From: Octopus sinensis | Lineage: Eukaryota | Assembly: GCF_006345805.1 (NCBI RefSeq) | Contig: NC_043001.1 | Coordinates: forward strand, 39,308,001 to 39,372,000 | Direction of reading: 5' to 3' | Length of the DNA stretch: 64,000 nt | Shown: positions 37,690-48,340 of the stretch, piece by piece | How the letters are laid out: each line of letters opens with the position of its first letter | Position numbering within the stretch: position 1 is the stretch's first letter | Position numbers and translations under genes: made by a program | Notes under the pieces: generated by a model | Told to the model about the DNA's origin: nothing | Seen by the model: the letters and a program-made list of their open reading frames with translations, nothing else | Database searches by the model: none

Positions 37690-38172
37690 CCCTTCATTGG
37701 ACACTAGACTCTTGCTTGCGAAGACCTGTTGGGGTAAGTGAAATTGAAATTGAACCAAATTCTATGACTGGCACCTGGCCGTTGCCAGTGCCACTGGACT
37801 GACTTCTGTGCAGGTGGCGAGTAAAGAAACACCGTTTCGACCCTGTGCTTGAGGAGACCTATTGAGTCAAGTACATCAACAATGGAAATTGCAGTTGTGA
37901 TCCCTTTGCCAGTCGCACGTAAAAAGCACCATCTGAATGTAGCCGATGCCAGCACTACCTTGACTGACTTCCGTGCTGGTGGTACGTAAAAAGCACCCAC
38001 TACACTCACGGAGTGTTTGGTGTTAGGAAGGGCATTCAGCTGTAGAAACACTGCCAGATCAGACTGGAGCCTGGTACAGCCTTCTGGCTTCCCAGACCCC
38101 AGTCGAACTGTTCAACCCATGCTAGCATGGAAAACGGACGTTAAATGATGATGATGATAATCATGATGATGA
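37690..38172 (+). mobile_element. RTE 3'-UTR-only copy (severely truncated LINE or derived SINE)
   Basis: Colinear with 42540-43017, including the ggtggcacgtaaaaagcacc units and the ggacgttaaatgatgatga tail. Confidence 0.85.
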
Positions 38173-38234
38173 TCTCTTAAAAATAGAAACATTTTGTGAA
38201 TGTAATTACATTATGCAGAATATTCAATAGAATA

Positions 38235-38615
38235 TTTTTTATCTTTTGTTTCAGTCATTAGACTGTGGCTATTCTGGGACACCACCTTGAAAAATTTTAG
38301 TCAAATGAAACACAGAACTTCTTTTTTTTAAAGCATGATATTTACTCTATTAGTCGGTTTTGGTGAACCACTAAGTTACAGGGACATAGACACACTAACA
38401 CTAGTTGTGAAGCTGGGGTAGGGGACAAAAACATACACAAACACAACACACACACACATATATGTGCTGGGTTTCTTTCAGTTTCTGTCTATCAAATCCA
38501 CTCATAAGGCTTTGGGTGACATGAGGCCATACTAGAAGACATTTACCCAAAGTGTCACACACAGTGGGACTGAATGTGGAACCATGTGGTTGGGAAGTAA
38601 ACTTCTTACCACACA
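38235..38615 (-). mobile_element. tRNA-derived SINE with CR1-like tail
   Basis: tRNA-like head (gtgtggtaagaagtttacttcccaacc...ttcagtcccactg), a (TG)n interior, and tail ggtggtgtcccagaatagccacagtctaatgactgaaacaaaagat. Confidence 0.75.
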
Positions 38616-38718
38616 GCATGCCTATTTCCCTATTACATTCATTTTTAATCTCATATTTTCTCATACCTCTCCCCCTCCCCACTCTCTCTGTGCATATGTT
38701 TATACACACACACACACA

Positions 38719-39125
38719 TGAGGGTGGTCTGAAAAGTTCATAGGCTGACTATGAAGAGTGATGCTAGAGATGTGAAATTTTGCCTGCATTAATTTCAGTC
38801 TTACTTATTAATAACTGCATTATTTCTTCCCAAGTAAACTGACATCTAACTGATCAAAGAAGACTTGAATGTAACTAGTAATGACTTCTCTTGAAAATGG
38901 ACAAAATTTAGCATCTTTGTGTTATCCTGTAGCTTCAGAAAAAGGCCTTTAGCCCCCAAGGACATTCATGCCAACATGGTTCCTACATTAGAAGATGATG
39001 CTCCTCCATTATAGACAATGCAAAAGTGGACACCTGAATTTAGGTGGTGAATGGAGAGTATTGAAGATGACCCAACGTCCAGATATACTGCTACTGCCAC
39101 CTCTGTGGAAAACATAGACTGAAAT
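38719..39125 (+). mobile_element. 5' fragment of a mariner element
   Basis: TIR-like tgagggtggtctgaaaagttc, followed by a decayed HTH region (KDIHANMVPTLEDDAP...QKWTPEF...EDDP). Confidence 0.65.
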
Positions 39126-39159
39126 TTTGGAACAAAGATGCCTCTACCTCTGACAACTT

Positions 39160-39360
39160 CTCTTGTCAACCTCCGACAACCTCTCTCGACAACCTTCAGC
39201 AACCTCTCTCACCAACCTCCAACAACCTTTCTCGCCAACCTCTCTTGACAACCTCCAACAACCTCTCTCGCCAACCTCCAACAACCTCTCTCGCCAACCT
39301 CCAACAACCTCTCTCACCAACCTCCAAAAAATCTTTCTCGCCAACCCCCAACAATCTCTT
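39160..39360. repeat. 23-bp minisatellite (ccaacctccaacaacctctctcg), roughly 8-9 degenerate units
   Basis: Unit starts at 39271 and 39294, etc. Confidence 0.85.
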
Positions 39361-39523
39361 CCTCCTCCAGCTGACAGTTTTTTGTACTTTTTTGCAATGG
39401 AAAATAATCTTTTGTGGCAGTTATAATGAAATCGCTTTTTTATATCAGAGTAATAAGGCATTTAAATAGAACATCTTTACCCCTGGAAATTACTGGGTAC
39501 ATCAGCTAATATATATATATATA

Positions 39524-39662
39524 CAACTTATAAATAAGGGCAAACGAAAAAATTTCTAATGCCAAATATGCCGAAAATCGGACATAATGTCCATTTACCA
39601 TATAATTGGACTCGGCATATTTGGCATTAGAAATATTTTCGTTTGCCCTTATTTATAAGTTG
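39524..39662. repeat. Near-perfect foldback (51-bp arms, 1 mismatch, 37-bp spacer)
   Basis: 39524-39574 is the reverse complement of 39612-39662. Confidence 0.92.
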
Positions 39663-39725
39663 TTTATAATTTAACCTTTAAAGGTATTTTTTAATATGCT
39701 GGCCATTGATAAAATTTTTTAATAC

Positions 39726-42700
39726 TGACGGGGTCGGGGGTGTGGGTATACTTATCACCGAAAAATGGGTAGATAAGGTAATCGAGGTAGTCAGAGTATG
39801 TGACAGAATACTTAAGATTAGATTAGTGCTCCATCATAGTTTAGCAATTATTATATCGGCCTATGCCCCTCAGCCAGGGCTACCCGATGGACAGAAAGAC
39901 CGTTTCTATGACACCCTACTGCAGACCACCTCATTGACGAATGACAGGGACCTTCTCTTTGTGACGACATGCTGGGGGCTTCCATGGCGTACATGGAGGC
40001 TACGGTTATGGTTCCCGCAACGAGGAGGGAACCAGGCTGCTGGAGTTCTGCGATGCGAATAGTCTTATGGTTTGCAACACTAACTTCAGGAAACTGACAA
40101 GCCACCTGGTCACCTAACGATCGGGCCGGCATACTAGCCAAATCGACTACATCCTTGCCAGAAAAAGGGAAAGATGGCTGCTTATAAATGCCAAAACCTT
40201 CCCAGGCGAAGAATGTACCCCACAACATAGACTGGTAGTTAGTGACTTTAGGATTAGGACTAAGAGGACGACTAGAAGACGACCAACATGGAGAAGAAGG
40301 GTCTGGAAGCTTAAAGACCCTGCGAATGGACAGAGATTTAGAGACCTGTTACTTGAAGCCTTTGACGAAATAGAAGGGGGTATAGCTACACATGGGGTAG
40401 AAGACAACTGGACGCTTCTAAAGGACAACTTGCTGAAAGCCACTGACCAGATCTGTGGCTGGTGCAAAGTCCCCTCAAGACCCAAAATAACGTCGTGGTG
40501 GAACAATATTGTTGACAGGGCTATTAGACAAAAGAAACAGGCTTGGAAGGACTGGAAGAACGGTGGTAGCAGGGAAGTGTATCAGACTGCCAGAAGGGAA
40601 GCTAGGAAGCAGGTGTATTTAGCCAGAGGGGAAGCAGATAAGAAAAAATTTGCCAATGTTCTGCGCCGAGAGGATGAAAGACTTGAGGTATTTCGTGTTG
40701 CAAGACAGTGTGTGAGAGAGAATCATGATGTGGTAGGAGAGAAATGTGTTCGCAAGGATGACGGTTCACTTGCTGAATGAGGAAAATGAATGGGATAAAG
40801 AGAGTCTGCCGAATGTCGACCCAACAGAGAGACCAGCAATCCGAGTTGACAGTTCCTTAGTAGTTAAGGCAATTACAAGCATGAAAACAAGGAAAGCCCC
40901 AGGCCCATCAGAAATTACTGTAGAGATGCTCAAAATATCTGGTAGTGTCGGCTATAGCCTTGTCACCCTTTAGTTAACCAGGTGATACACGAAGGAGTCA
41001 TACCCAATGACTGGTGTAGCAGCATAATAGTCAACTGCTACAAAGGTAAAGGTGACGCCCTTGATACAAATAACTACAGGGGTATCAAGCTGCTGGATCA
41101 GGTAATGAAGGTTATGGAGAGGGTTATAGCCCAACTAATTAGAGAGAGAGTTAGCTTAGATCAGATGCAGTTTGGGTTCGTGCCAGGGAAAAGTACTACT
41201 GATGCTATATTCCTGGTAAGACAGCTGCAGGAGAAATACCTAGCCAAAGATAAGCCCCTGTACCTGGCTTTTGTTGACATGGAGAAAGCCTTCGACAGGG
41301 TCCCCCGATCCCTTATCTGGTGGTCAATGAGGAAACTAGGGATAGATGAATGGTTAGTGAGAGCTGTCCGAGCCATGTACAGAGACACTGCTAGTAAGGT
41401 GACGGTTGGCAATGTGTACACTGAAGAATTCCGGGTAGAGGTTGGGGTTCACCAAGGCTCAGTCCTCAGTCCCCTCCTATTTATCATAGTCCTCCAGGCA
41501 ATAACGGAGGAATTTAAGACAGGATGTCCCTGGGAGCTCCTCTATGCTGATGACCTTGCTCTAATTGCTGAGTCACTATCAGAACTGGAGGAGAAGTTTC
41601 AGGTGTGGAAGGATTAGAATCGAAGGGCCTTAGAATCAACCTAGCCAAAACCAAAGTCCTAATAAGTAGGAAGGTAGACCAATCACAAACGCCTTCAGGT
41701 AGATGGCCCTTCTCGATCTGTAAAAAAGGTGTAGGTAGAAACTCTATAAGGTGCACCAAGTGTAAGCTATGGACACATAAGAGGTGCAGCAACGTCAAAG
41801 GAAGGCTAACTAGGAAAATAGTTTTTGTTTGTGGCAGATGCTCAGGAGCAATAACCACTGAAAATGTGCAGAGACCAACTTCTACCACGTTCCAGGGAGA
41901 AAAACTAGAAGTAGTTGATAGCTTCCACTACCTAGGTGACCAAGTCAGTAGCAGGGGTGGGTGTGCTGAAAGTGTAACTGCTAGAGTAAGAATAGCGTGG
42001 GCAAAGTTCAGAGAGCTCTTACCCCTGCTGGTGACAAAAGGCCTCTCGCTCAGAGTAAAAGGCAGACTGTATGATGCATGTGTACGTACAGCCATGCTAC
42101 ATGGTAGTGAAACATGGGCTGTGACTGCTGAGGATATGCGTAAGCTCACAATAAGTGAAGCCAGTATGCTCCGATGTCAGTGTTCATAATCGACAGAATG
42201 TAAGTACCTTGAGAAAAAAGTTGGACCTAAGAAGCATCAGATGTGGTGTGCAAGAGAGATGTTTGCGCTGGTATGGTCATGTGACGAGAATGGCTGAAGA
42301 TAGTTGTGTGCAAAAGTGCCACACCCTAGCAGTTGAGGAAACCTGTGGAAGAGGTAGACCCAGGTAAACCTGGGACTAGGTGGTGAAGCACGACCTTCGC
42401 GCTTTAGGTCTCACCAAGGAAATGACTAGAGCCCGAGACCTATAGAAGTATGCTGTGCGTGAGAAGACCCGGCAAGACTAGTGAGACCATAACCCGTGGC
42501 CTCTACCTGGTATGTAGCCAGTCGACTTATACATACCTTTCCTTCTTGGGACACAAAACTCCACTTGTGAAGACCCGTTGAGGCAAGTGAAAATCAAATC
42601 AAAATCAAACCAAATCAAATCAGATATCAGAAAGCAGAACCAATATCGAAGTCGATCAACATCAATGGAAATTGCAGCTGTGATACCAGTGCCAGTGACA

Positions 42701-43017
42701 AGTAAGCGAACCATCCGATCGTGGCCGTTGCCAGAGCCGCCCTGACTGGCTTCCGTGCCGGTGGCACGTAAAAAGCACCATCCGATCGTGGCCGTTGCCA
42801 GCCTCACCTGGCCCCCGTGCCGGTGGCACGTAAAAAGCACCATCCGATCGTGGCCATTGCCAGCCTCGCCTGGCCCCCGTGCTGGTGGCACGTAAAAAGC
42901 ACCATCCGTAGAAACACTGCCAGATCAGACTGGGCCTGAAGCAGCCTTCTGGCTGCACAGACCCCAGTTGAACCGTCCAACCCATTCTAGCATGGAAAGC
43001 GGACGCAAAATGATGAT
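39726..43017 (+). mobile_element. 5'-truncated RTE LINE (APE C-terminal part, RT, Cys-rich domain, ~540-bp 3' UTR); few frameshifts
   Basis: GGVGILI...ISAYAPQ (APE); YRGIKLL, QFGFVPGKSTTDAIF, DMEKAFDRVP, GVHQGSVLSPLLF, LLYADDL (RT). 3' UTR has 62-bp repeats and a tgatgat tail. Confidence 0.95.
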
Positions 43018-43051
43018 TAGATATATATATATATATACATATATATATACA

Positions 43052-43085
<34 letters not shown>

Positions 43086-43107
43086 CATATATATATGTAT
43101 ATATATG

Positions 43108-43154
<47 letters not shown>

Positions 43155-43240
43155 GTATATATATGTATATATATATATATATGTATATATATATGTATAT
43201 ATATATACATATATGTATATATATATATGTATATATATAT

Positions 43241-43316
<76 letters not shown>

Positions 43317-43557
43317 GTATATATATATATGTATATATATATGTATATATATATATGTATATATATATATATGTATATATATATATGTATATATATATGT
43401 ATATATATATATGCATATATATATGTACATATATATATATGTATATATATATGTACATATATATGTATATATATATGTATATATATATATGTATATATAT
43501 ATGTATGTATATATATATATGTATATGTATATATATATATATGTGTATATATATATA

Positions 43558-43560
<3 letters not shown>
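43018..43560. repeat. ~540-bp (TA)n/(TATATG)n compound microsatellite
   Basis: Directly visible; it generates the spurious Y/I-rich ORFs in the track. Confidence 0.97.
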
Positions 43561-43589
<29 letters not shown>

Positions 43590-46500
43590 CTAGTTTCAGC
43601 TCATGAGCTGTGGCCATGCTGGGGCACCGCCATTTGGTGTTACTACATGGTTTTACTTCACGAAAGCTTTTTAGCAACTGCCATTTGGTGCATGAGAGAG
43701 TTCGATGCAGCTGCCCTCATCTGCACCTCCTGCCGTGAAGTTGGTTCATCTGGGACACCTGACAGGAAGAGATCCATTTTCATTTTAAAGACATCTGCAT
43801 CCACCCCATGCAGGTCTCTCAGGTTCTTCGGGAGGATATTGAAGAGCTGTGGGCCTCGGAAGCCCAGGCTATCACAGTATCTTGTCCTACATCTTGATGG
43901 CAAATTTGGAGTCCTAGGCACCAAGCAGTGCCGCCCAGTTCTGGCATTTGTGTAACTCTCGATGCCAAAGTTTGGGACAAGTCCCTCCAGGATCTTCCAG
44001 ATGTATATTATGGCATATCTTTCCCGCCTACGCTCCAAGGAATATAGTTTTAATCTCTTGAGTCTTTCCCAGTAGCTTATATTCTGCATAGAGGCTATCT
44101 TCTTCGTGTAGCTACGTTGGATCGCCTCAAGTTCTGTGATCAACTTGACACTGGATGGTGACCATAACTGAGAGCAATAGTCAAAGTGGCTTAGGACAAG
44201 TGTCCTCCAGAGGACCATCATGGTTTCTTGTTCTCTTGTTCTAAAGGTTCTGAGAATCCAGCCAGCCAGTCGTCTACATTTCATTGCCAATTTAGCAACA
44301 TATACACGAAAGGTTGCGTCATCACTCATGTAAATACCCAGGTCACGCACTGATTGTGCCTCTGGGATTGCAATTCCTCCGGGTCCAGTGTATTCATTGG
44401 GTATTGCATTTAGTTTTGCATGCTGATAGTATAAAGCTTCGAACTTTTCAGCATTGAACTGCATGCTATTCTTTTCAGCCCACTTGTATATTTTGTCCAG
44501 CTCACATTGCAGGCGTTTAGTGTCCTCAGGTTTCTGTATTGCCTGTGAAACTTTTGTATCATCTGCATAACTTGTGATCGTGGCTCTCTGCGTGGCTGAA
44601 GGCATATCTGAGAGGGCTATTACGAACAGTAGTGGTCCCAAAACAGTGCCCTGCGGAACACCGCTCAATATTTGCGTGTTAATGGAAGTGGCCCCATTGG
44701 CTACTACCACCTGACTTCTATCTTTCAGAAAGTCATGAAGCCATTCTCCCAGTTTTCCAACTATGTTGAGATCACGCAGTTTGTGACATATCATTCCATG
44801 ATCGACTTTATCAAAGGCCTTTGCAAAGTCGAGATATATCACTTCCACATTTGAGTGGTTGAGCAGTCGTTTCAGCACCCAGTCATAGTGTTGTAAGAGC
44901 TGAGTTAAACAGCTTCTCCCTGGTCGGAAACCATGTTGGGTGTCGGGCAGCAAGTCATTTTCTTCAAGGAAGGTGATCAGTTTCCTTCTGACTATTCGTT
45001 CCATGACCTTGCTGATGTGTGAGGTCAGAGAGATAGGTCTGTAGTTCTTGGCCTCCGCTCTGCTACCTCCTTTATGAATATATTTTACCTTCCTTCAGTT
45101 TTCTTGGAAGTTTGCCAGCTGCAAGGAAGCTCTGAAAGAGGAACTGCAGTGGTCTTGCTAGGACTCTCTTACATACTTTTAGGAGGATTGCCGGGAATCC
45201 ATCGGGGCCAGTAACTGAGTCTGTTTTCATTTCATCTATAGCCTTTATTACATCGTCTTCCTTTATATCGATGTAATCTATCGTCGCCGCCTCTGATTTT
45301 ATATCTGCAGTGGTAAAGAAGTCAGTTGGATTGGTGATTTGGAAATGCCCAAGGCATGGAGTGAAAACACTCTTGAATTGCTCATTCAGTATTTCACTTA
45401 CCCTCATTGGTTTTCCTGTAAGTGTGCCATCCTTTTCAAGGAGTGGCCCTATCCTACAGTGCACCGTAGCTGTTTCTTTGGCATACCTGTAGAAAGCTCT
45501 GGGGTTAGATTTTATGTTGTCTATAGCCCAGGCTTCTTTGTCTGCTCTTTCCTTTTCATTGGAGAGTTGCAGACATTTTTCAATTTCCAACAGTTTTATT
45601 TTCAGGCGGGACTTTTCACTACTTTCAATCTGTTTGTTTAGGCGATTTGAAATTTTTGTACGCCGTCTCATTAAAATTTTCCTCTCTCTGGGGATTTTGT
45701 TCTTGTGTACAGTGGCCTTTCTCTCTGGGACACATTTGTAGCATATGGCTTGCATTACAGACATGAATTGTTGAAGTTTCACGTCGATGTCTGGCGAGGA
45801 GAGACATTTAGGCCAGTTTTGTTTGAGGATCTCTTTCTCAATTTGTTTCCAGTTTGCCTTATGGTAGTTCAAGCTGGAAAGATTCTGAGGGTTTCTTGTA
45901 GGCTGCATGTCCGTGCTCTCTTTTGGCCCGTACATGGTCAGCTCTACCATGTTGTGATCCGAGAGTAGCGTCGGTGTCACTTTCACATTATGGATGAGAT
46001 CCATATTATTTGTGAAGCAGAGATCCAGTGTGTTACCTGCCCTGGTTGGTTGGATTATTACTTGCTCCATGTACAGGGTGTTGATGAGGTTCAGGAGGGA
46101 CCTCGCCTGTCCTCGTTCACATCTTGTCATTCCTGGGAGAGAAAGGCCCTCGGGCCATTTGACATTGGGTAGATTGAAGTCTCCCATAAGAAGTACACTT
46201 ATGTGTTGTTCTAATGTGATTAGAACTTCTATTTTTATAAGGCAGTCTTCAAACTTGCCTACATGGCTTAGGGCATCTGGAGGGCGATATGTAGCACACA
46301 CAACTACATCAAATTGACTTATATGTTCAATTAGTGTGTCACACACCGAGTTTGAGTATGACAAAAGGACCTGGGGTGTGAGGTCATCACGGATGTACAT
46401 AGCAACTCCTCCATGACTCCTTTCTTTTCTGTCGGTCCGTAGTACAACATACTGTGGTATGTGTAATTCCGCATCTGCTATGTCCGGTTTCAGGTACGTT

Positions 46501-47502
46501 TCCGTAAGTGCTATGCATAAGGCTTGATTGCAGGCGACAAAGTCTCTCAAGAACGGGATTTTTGTCCTGTTACTGAGTGTTTGCATTCCTCTGATGTTCA
46601 GTAGGAGCATCGAGGTGAGGTGTATGTTGTTGCCGGCGGTGTCCATCTTGGGTCTGTTTGCTGTGGTGGTCTTGTATATTGTGGGTAGTCCCACCTGCGA
46701 GCTTGGGTTTGATGAAGCCAGGTCAGCTGCTGTACAATCTTTTGTGCCATGCACAAAAAAGATTCTTGCTCAGCAGCTGCCCTTTCAACAATATCATGTT
46801 GGCGGTTTGTGGCACGCACCACATCTGCGTACCTCCGTTTTAGGGCAGGTGGTGCGTGGTCCATCCCTTTTCCTTGTGTTGATGGTTGTTTCTTATCTGT
46901 TTCGTGTCTCTGCGGCAGGGTCCCCGATGTGCAAAGCGGCAGCCTGCACCTTCCTCTCCATGCCAGCAGGTACCTCTCAGGTAGAACCTACACACCCGTG
47001 TGCGCTGTTTGTTTCCATCCTTTGCGGTTCCACTTCTATTCCTGGCTGTTTCACCCTTTGGTCCTGCTTGAGCTTTTCCTTTAGTTCTTTCAGTCCTTCT
47101 TTTAGTTCTTCCTCCCTCTACTTCTTCCCTGGGTTCTCCATCTCCATGGCCCTTGTTGCCGGTAGGAGCACTTGCACTTGGGTTCACTTCCCGGGCAGGT
47201 TTCTCACTCAAAACCCCTTCCCGGGTGTCCACCAGGTGGGGGTGACTTCTTTCATCGTCTCCATCCTTGCCATCTTTGCCCTGCTCGTTCTCAAAGATGA
47301 CATCAAGTGTGCCAATGTGCGACTGTACAAGCGCATAGGAGCGTATGAATTCCTGCTTCTTTCGCTCTATCTGAGCTATTGTCCTTTTATAGCTGCCGCT
47401 CTTCAGCGCGGCCGTAATCACATTGTTAGGGTTATCTCCGTCGGCGCATTTCCAGGCTCGTACGAACAACGCCAATTCGTCACGTCTCCAGGCTCTGGAC
47501 AT
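43561..47502 (-). mobile_element. Near-intact CR1/L2-group LINE: ORF1 with CCCH finger, ORF2 APE+RT, (CAAT)n tail
   Basis: ORF1 runs from 47502 with C-x7-C-x8-C-x3-H and a probable frameshift near 46870. ORF2 APE (TETYL, GDFN, TLDL, SDH) is 46754-45072, with one frameshift at ~45075 into the RT 45004-43658 (QHGFRPGRSC, DFAKAFDKV, GVPQGTVLGP, YADD). The 3' UTR is ~70 bp and the tail spans 43561-43589. Confidence 0.93.
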
Positions 47503-47549
47503 GTTGGATAATCTATCTATTTATTTATCTATCTAATTATGTTCAAAAT

Positions 47550-48340
47550 TCAATAGTGTGACAGAGGGCAGAGAAGTAGAGAAAGAAAGTGACTGTGTAT
47601 TTAGAGAGATTGAGAGCTGAGAGAAGATAAGAAGATATATATTTATGCGACTATATATTTAGAGAAATTGAGAAGGTGAGAGAGGAAAGATTGTGACAGA
47701 GAGAAGTGACTGTGTATTTAGAGAGATTGAGAGCTGCGCGACTATATATTTAGAGAGATTGAGAAGGTGAGAGAGGAAAGATTGTGACAGAGAGAAGTGG
47801 AGAAGTGAAGAGACAAGGGAAGATTGAATGGCTGAAAGAAGAGAGATGGTGTGATAGAGAGAAGTAAAGAGACAGAGGGAGAAAGAGAAGAAAGAGAGGG
47901 GGTTACGAAGCTGCAATAGAAATGAAGGATTAAGAAAATGAAAGATTGTTAAAGAGAGGAAAGAGAGGGGGGTTACGACACTGAGATAAAAATAAAAATG
48001 AAAGATTAAGAAAATGAAAGATTATTAAAGAGAGGAAAGAGAGGAGGTTACGAAACTGAGATAAAAATGAAAGATTAAGAAAAATGAGAAGTAATTATTA
48101 AAGATTGTTATTAGAGTTCGCGTCTATGCATATATACGTATACATATATACACACACGTGCACACACATACACATATATGCACAAACGGAGAGAGATTAT
48201 TAACAGGAAAGCTGAAATAGGAAGTAATTATTAAAGATTGTTATTAGAGTTCGCGTCTATGCATATATACGTATACATATACATATACACGTGCACACAC
48301 ACACACATATATGCACAAACGGAGAGAGAGAGAAGGTGGA
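47550..48340. repeat. Cluster of three successive local tandem duplications in purine-rich DNA
   Basis: Repeated gtgactgtgtatttagagagattgagagctg block (47590-47800), a ~70-bp unit x3 (aagagagggggttacga..., 47890-48090) and a ~125-bp unit x2 (gaagtaattattaaagattg..., 48087-48330). Confidence 0.8.

Noticed and set aside
40147-42149. Minus-strand ORFs opposite the RTE (also 28422-28902, 33882-34451 and plus ORFs 6038-6900)
   Set aside because: Antisense shadows of RTE coding sequence with no independent motifs.
42754-42903. 62-bp repeat as a pistol ribozyme or a CRISPR array
   Set aside because: It has the P1 + A-tract resemblance but lacks room for pistol P2/P3 and the GCG/GU catalytic elements. 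There are no unique spacers or cas genes, and the context is a eukaryotic LINE.
42662-43677. Multiple 137-250 aa Y/I-rich ORFs on both strands
   Set aside because: Translations of the TA microsatellite; the same applies to the H/T/C/V-rich ORFs at 62756-63920, 51900-52354 and 61917-62321.
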